DNA of 62,944 bases, counting the filler, from Octopus bimaculoides (lineage: Eukaryota): the NCBI RefSeq assembly GCF_001194135.2. It is 6 parts of 4 records of this genome, joined end to end, with 100 filler letters (N's around TTAATTAATTAA, not from the genome) between each part and the next. Parts side by side here need not be neighbours in the genome. Positions count along the whole stretch, not along the records: positions 46,777 to 57,536 come from NC_068983.1; positions 57,637 to 61,036 come from NC_068992.1; positions 61,137 to 62,944 come from NC_068983.1; 3 more parts are not named here. One strand, written 5' to 3'. How positions within the stretch are numbered: the stretch's first letter is position 1; every line of letters starts with the position of its first letter. The position numbers and the translations under genes are program-made. Positions 52,524-62,944 of this stretch are shown here, one piece after another. The notes below the pieces were generated by a model. The model did no database searches. It saw only the letters and a list, made by a program, of their open reading frames with translations, and was not told the DNA's origin.

Positions 52524-53741
52524 TGTTAGAGACGACCGTGCGAACTCAAAAGGAGAAATGGTGACGAATGGAAGAACAGAGGACTCCTTTTATTTACACG
52601 AGTCACACGGTCGAACATACAAATATACATCAAATGATGTATACAGATGATATGTTATGCGACGATAACATAGATGACCAGTAATGAAAGACCACAACCG
52701 TATTAGATGAATAACAGAAATATTTATTGTAGCGTTAAAGATGTATGTCTGTGAGTGAGTGTGAATGCGACATATAAGAACATAATCAAAGACAGGCCGT
52801 CATACAAAGAAAAGTGTGTATGTGAGTGATACATATGTGTATGAGTGTTTACAGCAGATAGAAAGAGTCAGTAAATGACACGTGAGCAATTATACCAGAT
52901 CGTTAGTACACTATAGGAAAAGTTCTGTATGTGAAAGTGAGTTGGCTGAGTGTGGCAGAGCTTATCACTAGTTGTGTTTTGGCTTCGATGCCAGGGCCGT
53001 GATTCNNNNNNNNNNNNNNNNNNNNNNNNNNNNNNNNNNNNNNNNNNNNNNNNNNNNNNNNNNNNNNNNNNNNNNNNNNNNNNNNNNNNNNNNNNNNNNN
53101 NNNNNNNNNNNNNNNNNNNNNNNNNNNNNNNNNNNNNNNNNNNNNNNNNNNNNNNNNNNNNNNNNNNNNNNNNNNNNNNNNNNNNNNNNNNNNNNNNNNN
53201 NNNNNNNNNNNNNNNNNNNNNNNNNNNNNNNNNNNNNNNNNNNNNNNNNNNNNNNNNNNNNNNNNNNNNNNNNNNNNNNNNNNNNNNNNNNNNNNNNNNN
53301 NNNNNNNNNNNNNNNNNNNNNNNNNNNNNNNNNNNNNNNNNNNNNNNNNNNNNNNNNNNNNNNNNNNNNNNNNNNNNNNNNNNNNNNNNNNNNNNNNNNN
53401 NNNNNNNNNNNNNNNNNNNNNNNNNNNNNNNNNNNNNNNNNNNNNNNNNNNNNNNNNNNNNNNNNNNNNNNNNNNNNNNNNNNNNNNNNNNNNNNNNNNN
53501 NNNNNNNNNNNNNNNNNNNNNNNNNNNNNNNNNNNNNNNNNNNNNNNNNNNNNNNNNNNNNNNNNNNNNNNNNNNNNNNNNNNNNNNNNNNNNNNNNNNN
53601 NNNNNNNNNNNNNNNNNNNNNNNNNNNNNNNNNNNNNNNNNNNNNNNNNNNNNNNNNNNNNNNNNNNNNNNNNNNNNNNNNNNNNNNNNNNNNNNNNNNN
53701 NNNNNNNNNNNNNNNNNNNNNNNNNNNNNAGTTTCACTACA
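52524..53741 (-). mobile_element. Probable solo LTR (Gypsy-like) spanning a 724-N gap
   Basis: TGTT...TACA ends with TTTA at 52520-52523 and 53742-53745. On the minus strand AATAAA lies about 65 nt before the terminal CA. Confidence 0.5.
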
Positions 53742-55109
53742 TTTATATACTGAACCTTAGCTGCTTTTGTGTTCATAACTTCTTCGCAGAGCCTTATTTT
53801 TCACCCTTATTATTTAGATTTAAATAACCATGTTCTCTAACCGGCAAAATTCACTGCAGAGAATTATTTTCTGCAGAATTATTTCCGGTATTTTTGCACG
53901 CCAAAACGAAAACTTTTGAAATATAACCCCAAATGTAATTGGTAGAACTATATGCATGATCAATCTCATGCGGACGTCTCATGTATAGTTCTACAAATTA
54001 TATTTTGCTATGACGATCACACTGATGAATTGCGGACATTTACGTACGTATTACGTAAGTGGTAACAATGAAACCAAGTTTGTGATTAATCTTTATATTT
54101 TGTATCTTTTCATTTGTCTTGCTCGCTTACGTTCTGGCGTTTGCGGAATTTTCTTGAGAACAATCTTTTCTTAGTGGTCAGACCATATGGGTCTACCTCT
54201 AACATAATGAATGTCCACTTAGTGGTCATCCCTCTTATATGTATGTAATATAATTTTTTTCTGAAACTTCAGATTTTTCAATATGCTAGGCCACTGGTTT
54301 TAAATTGATATTAATCAAATTAATATTCCATTTTTCATCCTTATTATTGAAATTTATACATATATATGTATGTATATAAGTTTGTATGTATGTATGCATG
54401 TATGTATGTACGTACGTATGTATGTATGCATGCACGTTTGTATGTAAGTGTGTAAGTTTGTATGTATTATGTAAGTATGTGCTCTATTTGAGTTTTCCTT
54501 CCCATACAGAGATGTCTCAACAAAGACTATGGGTCTTTCATACTCAGATATTTGATGGCCGTTAACCTGTATCTGTGCATAATCTCTGGTAAAAATTGTA
54601 AAAGTGCAATAGATGATTGGATAAGATAGATGATCAGATAAACTACCGATTCTGTAAGTTCAAATTCTCTGCTCCATTGGCTTCCATTGTTTCTGGTCAA
54701 GAATAGTGGCAGGTATTCTCGTTTCTTTCAATGTTCTTGTCATTTTAGTTGTTTATATTCTGGCCTGTCCATAGTAAAACTTTTCCCAGCATAAACCAAT
54801 CCCTCTTTTCTCCAGAAGGTAGTGTACTCAGAATCACACTAATCAATCTGTCTTTCCTGTTTTAAAATAACTGTATGTCAACTGAGAGAGATGATTTTGC
54901 TGCTAAATCTTGCAGGTCATGTAGTCACATAGAGACTCCGTACTTTGCTCGTCAATGGCTTGTTTTATGAAGATGGAGATTTACTGCCGTAAAAAGACAG
55001 CTAAGCATGGTCTCTCAGAAGCATGAGACCAAATCTAAGCTCTAAACTCTAAAACCTTTCGGTCTTACAAGGTGTATGCATCATTTATAATGTGGTCGTT
55101 ACTTTAAGC

Positions 55110-55983
55110 CAAGGGTTCTCAACCATTTTTTTTTTCTCTGGACCCTTCTGATTAATATATATATATATTTTTATATTATTAATAAAATTATTAGCAATAT
55201 TCTTAGGAAATCAATATTCGAATTTCTGAAAGATGTATGTTTTATATGAAACAATAATCATTTTGAATTATAATTAAAATTAAAAATATACAAAATATAA
55301 ATGTATATAAAAATATATGCGTACATAAATGTATATAAAAATATATGCGTAAGTGAGTGTAAATGTAATTCGATTAAAATATTATGAAAGTCTAAAATGC
55401 ATCTTCTGATTAATATTTTATTCTCGTTGACCGACATATCTATACGTTTAAAAACTAGCTTTATAGAAACTTATTTCAAAGTTCTTATAAAACTAGCTTT
55501 ATAGAAACTTCTTTCAAGGTTACTAGTTTGTTTTTTAAACATTAACTTGAGTAGTTTGAACTATGTAAAATATTAAGGAAAGAAACTTAGCTGTTTCTTA
55601 TTTCTTTATTGCCCACAAGGGGCTAAACATAGAGGGGACAAACAAGGACAGACAAAGGGATTAAGTCGATTACATCGACCCCAGTGCGTAACTGGTACTT
55701 AATTTATCGACCCCGAAAGGATGAAAGACAAAATGGACCTCGGCGGAATTTGAACTCAGAACGTAACGGCAGACGAAATACCGCTAAGCATTTCGCCCTG
55801 CATGCTAACGTTTCTGCCAGCTCGCCGCCTTAACTTAGCTGTTTCTTGCAAATCATACCCATACATACATCTAAAGCAAAATTTTTTCAGAGGCCTTTAA
55901 AATACTGTTGTGGATCCCCAATTTACTATTTTGCTATGTAGACCCCTCCAAAATATTATATGGACCCTGGTTGAGAATCACTA
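55110..55983. mobile_element. hAT-type MITE with nested SINE
   Basis: Ends CAAGGGTTCTCAACC and GGTTGAGAATCACTA with subterminal GGACCC motifs. TSD poorly conserved. Confidence 0.6.
55600..55831 (-). mobile_element. Nin-like SINE (tail variant B), full length, 16-bp TSD
   Basis: AACTTAGCTGTTTCTT at 55584-55599 and 55832-55847. Confidence 0.9.
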
Positions 55984-56440
55984 CCCTAAAAAAAAAAAAC
56001 AAAGAACCATTGAGGGAAGCACGACAGCTTATCATATGGATAACTCCACGATAAACCAGTTGTTAAAATTGTCCCCGAACTAAATATGTTTTGCTTTCTA
56101 CAAGTCTATTTCCCAGTCTGTTATATTTTCAGTAATATTATAAGCATTGAGTCTGCTCACTAGGATAATATTCATGAAGAGTTACTGTTGATGAGTTTCT
56201 TAAAAGTAGCCTACGTTTCAGATTTATATCCCATTACTAGTTCTGTGGTACTCTCTCTGGTTGGAAATGTATCGTCAGAACATTTTCACCCAGAATATAA
56301 TATCCATTAATTTTCGTGTTTATTCCACTTCATATAACTCTCTTTCCCCCAATCTCTCTCTCTCTATCTATCTATCTATCTCTATCTATCTTTATCTCTC
56401 TCTCTCTCCCTCTCTATCTCTCTCTCTCCCTCTCTATCTC

Positions 56441-56478
<38 letters not shown>

Positions 56479-57039
56479 NNNNNNNNNNCTCTCTCACACA
56501 CACACACACACAACACACACACACACACACACGCACTCCCGCACACACACACACGCACACAAATACACACATACACTCACACACACACACACTCTGGACG
56601 TCAAATATCTGAATCTCACGAACCTGAGAAAAATGAGATTTTAATCACGATGGTCATATATACTGTTACTCCCTCTTTAAATAATTTCGAAATGGTCTGG
56701 CAAGCATTTCCACAATTTCAGGTATTCTCGCTTCCTTCGGTAGTCTAATCATTGTAGTTGCTTATATCCTAGTCTGCTCTGATTGAGTAGACCTGTTATA
56801 CTAAGAGGTCTTGTCTATATTTGCTTAAATTAACCTTTATTTTAAATCATCGACATAGCCGTCTCCATTTGTGAAGCAAAAATGATATTGCATAATTTAC
56901 AAGACTCCGTCATGGCACAATAATCTCATCAGCCTTGAAAAGAGTTATGGGCGCTACCTTTTCCTCCTCAGGTTAAGTTATATAAAGAAAAATACTAGTC
57001 TTAATGTTCTTGTTTGGCGCCAGCTGAAAAAATTATATG

Positions 57040-57200
57040 TACTTTGATATTATCAGCATTTCTACATGCACTTTGCGTTTTTGGCCTCGCCCTGCACCAT
57101 GGGTCCACTCCCTCGCGACTCCACCTGGAGCAACGCTATATTTTTAACCTTAATTCTTCTTTCCCCTTCGGACTCAACGCAGCCCCCTCCTCCTTATGAC
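57040..57200 (+). mobile_element. Penelope GIY-YIG C-terminal remnant
   Basis: VFGLALHHGSTPSRLHLEQRYIFNLNSSFPFGLN resembles the PLE terminus RxxxEQxxIFxLxTxxPxGLN. Confidence 0.6.
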
Positions 57201-57636
57201 TCTCCCCTTTACGTCTATGCAACACTTTTCTTTATTTTTTATTTTTATTTTTTTACCCACCCCCCTCGTCCCCTTTACATTATATCCATTATTCTCTGGT
57301 TATTACACTCACTACATTTTTCCACTTTTTATCTCACACCTTCCTACACGCACACATACCCACACACAAAAAATACACGCACCCATACACACACATGTAA
57401 GCACACCTACCCCCAACACACCACACACACACAACACTTATGCATGCACTCACACGCTCAGACTCGCCCACACACTTATACAAACGCACATACACACGCC
57501 CACTTGCGCATACACACACACGCTAACAATCACGCANNNNNNNNNNNNNNNNNNNNNNNNNNNNNNNNNNNNNNNNNNNNTTAATTAATTAANNNNNNNN
57601 NNNNNNNNNNNNNNNNNNNNNNNNNNNNNNNNNNNN

Positions 57637-57671
<35 letters not shown>

Positions 57672-59464
57672 CATGTATGTATGTATGTATGTATGTATGG
57701 ACCAGCTGGGGGGTGGGGTGGAATTCGTTGAGAGTAGGGGAAAATGTATTCCTTTGCCCTTGTGCTTAAGCCGTAGCATCCTACAACCATATTAAAATCA
57801 CACCTAATATAATGAGCCTATACATAAATATATATTTATTCTTTTATGTTAGGACTCCTCGTTCTGTCGTTATTTTATCAATATATTTAAAATATTTTTC
57901 CTATTGAATCTATCATTTTCCAAATAACTCATTTTCACCCGGAATAACAAAATGCAATGTGTCACAAGTGAATGATTTTTTTTTTTTTTCAAATATTCTT
58001 GCTTATGTTAATAACATTTGAGAATGTTTTCTCGCGAGCACTTTTAATTTTGAATACCAGACCTATATTTTTTCTACTTTGAATGTTGTAAGAATATCAA
58101 AACTACAATTATAGTGATATAAAAACACACACAAAAAACTCCAACCATTACGGCTAGCAATTCGGTAATTGCATAATTCCTCGGGAGATTTCTTGTCCAC
58201 TTTGACGCAGTTGCGCACTTGGCTGTTAGTTATTTGTATTTCTCGATAACACAGCTTTGTAGTGAAATGTGGAATCTTGTGTAGTGTTGCTGCTTTTAAG
58301 TGACACTCCATCACTCTTCAAATGATTAAATTCCATTCTCTGAGAAAACTAAAAAAAAATAAAAACAGTAAAGAAAGAAAGAAAGAAAAGAAATCGTACC
58401 GTGTTATTAAATGGAATAGTTTTGTAACAGGAATTATTGAAAGTGTATCAATAATATAACAAGGAAATAAATAATATAATAATATATCAGTTAGTATTGA
58501 ATATTTCGAAACATATCCAGAAGAATCCAAGAATTAGAAGAATGGGGTCGCAAAATGACATATCGATTGGAAGAGAATATCAGTAATTTATATCTTTTGT
58601 GCTAATATTTCAATTTGGAGTAGAGAATACGCAACCCCCCCCCCCNNNNNNNNNNNNNNNNNNNNNNNNNNNNNNNNNNNNNNNNNNNNNNNNNNNNNNN
58701 NNNNNNNNNNNNNNNNNNNNNNNNNNNNNNNNNNNNNNNNNNNNNNNNNNNNNNNNNNNNNNNNNNNNNNNNNNNNNNNNNNNNNNNNNNNNTATATATA
58801 TATATATATATATATGTATGCATGTATGTATGTATATTCTGTTCTTTTATTCTTTTAATAGTTTCAGTCACTTGATTGTGGCCATGCAGGAGCACTGCCT
58901 TTAGTCGAACAAATCGACCCCAGAGTTTATTCTTTATAAGACTAGTACTTATTCTATCAGTATATTTTGCCGAACAGAAACAAGCCAACATCGGCTGTCA
59001 AGCGATGGTGTGAGGACAAACGCAGTAACACGAATGCAAACACACACACGCACACACATATATACGACGGGCTCCTTTGAGTTTCCGTCTATCAAATCCA
59101 CTCACAAAACAGAAGTGAACCTGCATCTCTCCTTTAAAATCTTTGAAATGATGTGCAAATTATAATTCAAAATTGGACGACATATGTACATATATATATA
59201 TGTAAAACCACTTATATCTATAAATACAGAGACGTTATAAACAGATCTGCAGATTGGTATTATTACACACATTTTCAGGCACACACAAACACGCACGCAA
59301 GCACACAAACGTATATGTACGTATACAAAGTTCGAAATAGAATGAGACGATAAATATTTAAAGATATGTACACCGCAAGCTAGAGACACACACAAGCCAA
59401 CATACATACATGCAGTCACGTTGATGTATACATATACGCCTGCATATGTGTATGTATGCATACA

Positions 59465-59512
<48 letters not shown>

Positions 59513-59776
59513 NNNNNNNNNNNNNNNNNNNNNNNNNNNNNNNNNNNNNNNNNNNNNNNNNNNNNNNNNNNNNNNNNNNNNNNNNNNNNNNNNNNNNNNN
59601 NNNNNNNNNNNNNNNNNNNNNNNNNNNNNNNNNNNNNNNNNNNNNNNNNNNNNNNNNNNNNNNNNNNNNNNNNNNNNNNNNNNNNNNNNNNNNNNNNNNN
59701 NNNNNNNNNNNNNNNNNNNNNNNNNNNNNNNNNNNNNNNNNNNNNNNNNNNNNNNNNNNNNNNNNNNNNNNNNNNN

Positions 59777-59815
<39 letters not shown>

Positions 59816-60713
59816 GTACGAACTAATTAGTTTAATTATTTCTCTGCTGGAATTCACTCCATTCACCGGCAAGACATTGTCTTTGAATTCACTTCGTTAT
59901 AAGTTATCAATGTCTTCTAAATTGAATCTTAATTTTCCGTCGTTTCTTTTGTACATTCCACAGGAATTAACACCGAATTATTGACGTAGCATATTTACAA
60001 CATCACAAAAATAGAAATACCCATTAAAGGGTTTCTTCTCGTGCATAATAATATTTTCCCTTGCTCGGTATCCTTTTCAAAGACTACATTACTCCACTTA
60101 GATAGCTATACAGATCAAAGCACTCTACACTAAGTGAGCTTTTCTCGTTTCATGTACCTCTCGTTTAACTAAGTTAAAGACATGAGTCTAACTAAGTAGC
60201 TGTATTTGACAATATCGCTAATTTCAATTACCATCTATGAAAACGGTTCAGAAGACATTATATTCCCAGGAAGTTCTAACAATAATATGGCATCCCGGTT
60301 AAACTTTGTATGGATGGGTTTATAATTAGAAAGATTGTAAGAACTTTGTGATGTTTACAGGGAAAGGAGATATAGAAGCAGAGACAAATAAACTGGCATA
60401 TTTGCATATATCGTGTGATCGTATAGCGAGTAATTACACATTAATAATTATATGTTCACCCCTGCTCATATGTTTTACGCATGTACGCACACACATATAT
60501 ATTATGCTAGCATATGTATGTATGTATATATATATATGCTTGTGTGATTAAGGAGCTCGGTTGGAAACTACATAGTTTGATTTCAGTCTCATTGCGCAGC
60601 ACTTTGAGTGAGTGTCTTTTACTATAACCTTTAGTGCCTTGTGAGTGAATTTGGTATATGGAAACAGTAAAGACGCCTATCTCACTCTCTCTCTATATAT
60701 ATATATGTGTGTG

Positions 60714-60957
60714 GAGGCGCGTGGCTTAGTGGTCAGGGTGTCAATATTATGATCGAAAGCTTGTGGTTTCGATTCGTGGACCGGGCGACGCGTTGTGTTC
60801 TTGAGCACAGCACTCCATTTCACGTTGCTCCAGGCCACACAGCTGGCAAAAATGAGTAACGCTGTGATAGACTGGCATCCCGTCCAGCTGGGGAACACAT
60901 ACGCCATAGAAACCGAGAAACCGGGCCCATGAGCCTGGCTAGGCTTTAAAAGGGCGC

Positions 60958-60960
<3 letters not shown>
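60714..60960 (+). mobile_element. tRNA-derived SINE with Meta/V-like domain, ending in (ATT)n
   Basis: Head GGAGGCGCGTGGCTTAGTGG, B box GTTTCGATTC, GATAGACTGGCATCCCGTCCAG motif and (ATT)n tail. Confidence 0.7.
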
Positions 60961-61028
<68 letters not shown>

Positions 61029-61136
61029 GCATATATNNNNNNNNNNNNNNNNNNNNNNNNNNNNNNNNNNNNNNNNNNNNTTAATTAATTAANNNNNNNN
61101 NNNNNNNNNNNNNNNNNNNNNNNNNNNNNNNNNNNN

Positions 61137-61173
<37 letters not shown>

Positions 61174-61339
61174 TGGATTCGGTAGACGGAAACTGAAAGT
61201 GTCTGACCATAGTTCTGCTCGTTCCTGAGCGGGGAAAATAAAAGCAACATCAAAACCCCGTTTTTTGTCTTTGTTTTCAGGTAGGTGCTTCTCACTCTCC
61301 GTTCCCTTCGTGGGACACTGGAGGTAAAAATATAACATT

Positions 61340-61842
61340 GATTTCAAGTCTTAGCACAGGGCCAGTAAATTCGTAGGGAAGGTTAAGATGATTAACGACC
61401 TCAGTGTTCAACTGGTACTTATTTTATCAACCCCGAAAGGAGGATAGGCAAAGTCGCCCTCAGCTGAATTTGAACTCAGAACGTAAAGACGGACGAAAGA
61501 CTGCTAAGCATTTCGCCCGGCTTGCTAACGTTTCTGCCAGCTCGTCACCTTAAAGGTAAACTATATTTTTCTACTCTAGGTACAAGGCCCGAAATTTGGG
61601 AGAGGGGGCAGGCGATTAGATCGACCCCAGTACGCAACTGGTACTTAGTTTATCGACCCCGAAAGGATGAAAGACAAAGTCGACCCTGGCGGAATTTGAA
61701 CTCAGAACATGACGGACGAAACACCGCTAAGCATTTCGCCCGGCGTTGCTAACGTTTCTTATTTCATTATTGCCCACAAGGGGCCAAACATAGAGGGGAC
61801 AAACAAGGACAGACAAAGGGATTAAGTCGCCGCCCTCTTAAA
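61340..61842 (-). mobile_element. Tandem and nested Nin-like SINEs
   Basis: Copies at about 61340-61553 and 61565-61760, plus a tail-B fragment (about 61760-61829) inside the head of the second copy. Confidence 0.8.
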
Positions 61843-62944
61843 GGTAAAATATAATATTACTGACGTACCTCACATGGACACTTAATAAGCAAACAGTATT
61901 TCCAAGTTAAGAAATATATCTATCTTTGATTGTTTCTTTCTTTGGACTGCGGCCTTCTAGAGTCACTACCTTGAAGGCTTTTGTTTTTAGCCGAGCAGAT
62001 AGGCACATATTTTTTTATATCTGGTATTTATGCGATTGGTAAGTTACGAGGATGTAAGCAAACCAACACCGGTTGTCAAGCGATGGGGAGGGAGAAACAC
62101 AAGTACACAGCACACACACATACACAGATATACGACGGCCTCCCATATAATTTCCGTCTGGTACATTCATTCACAACGCATTGGTCGTGTCAGGGCAAAG
62201 AAGATTAATACTGGGGTGGATATGTTTGACTAAACCCTTCAAGGTGGTGCCTCAGCATGGTCGCAATCCAGTGATTGAAATAAGTAAAAGAAGATAAAAG
62301 GACATATTCCACAGTAAAATTAAGTATGAAAAATAAACACTGCTGGCATGTCAATATTTTATTATCATTAATTTTTATGGATTTCTCTAAAATCTTAAAT
62401 TATATTCATGAATATTATATATTTAAATAAATATTGCAAGACACCTTGCGACGCTTACCATTTGAGAACAACTACTTTAGAATCTTCATATTCTAGTGAT
62501 TTATGAAAAGTCACTAGTCAGGAAACACAATTATTAATACCTCAGTTTCAATTTTGAAGCTCAAATTGATTAGTCACAAATAAATGCTTTGTTTCACACA
62601 CAGTCAGGTATATTTACTCTTAATGGTGATTTCCTCATGGAACACTTTATTTTCTAATTTGATTTTTATTCCTTCTTTTGATGTTTCTCTTTATTAGTAT
62701 TTATTATATTATTTATTATTTCTATTACTGTTTTCTCTCTGATGTCTGTTTTTGTTTTAGTAATTTCTTTCGCCAAGCTTTCTGTGTGTGTATGTTTTTA
62801 ACGCTATATGTAGTTGAAGGAATCTTTGCCAGCTGTAAACCGCAGCTTATCGACACACGACTGTGTCCTGTTTGCCAAGGGAAGTTATCCCTCTCACCTC
62901 GATCAGCAGCACGAACGTATCCGGATTTCAGGGTTATTTCCCTT

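Noticed and set aside
58063-58314. 83-aa ORF in non-repeat sequence
   Set aside because: No recognisable motif or splice context, and the length is expected by chance.

Overview
AT-rich eukaryotic genomic DNA, almost entirely intronic or intergenic and dense in repeats. The SINE families, RTE tails, microsatellites and 100-bp N gaps with TTAATTAATTAA spacers point to an octopus draft assembly (inference, probably Octopus bimaculoides). The only host coding sequence I recognise is the last coding exon of TFIIE-alpha (GTF2E1) at 14242-14420 on the minus strand; I could not find its upstream exons. The rest is transposon debris: a D,D34D mariner, a pogo-like psq+PHD element inserted in an R4/Dong retroelement, a second R4/Dong lineage, RTE, CR1/Jockey and L1/Tx1 fragments, Penelope remnants (one with a minimal hammerhead ribozyme motif), hAT MITEs, a Helitron-like element, a probable solo LTR and many tRNA-derived SINEs. 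I found no rRNA, true tRNA gene or CRISPR array. Most ORFs in the supplied track are artefacts of microsatellites or N runs. I found no convincing new biological system. The best leads are the hammerhead motif, the intron-containing psq-PHD element, SINE target-site preference, several fold-back structures and a recursive-splice-like site. Family names come from motif recall, not database searches, and boundaries without a TIR or TSD are approximate.
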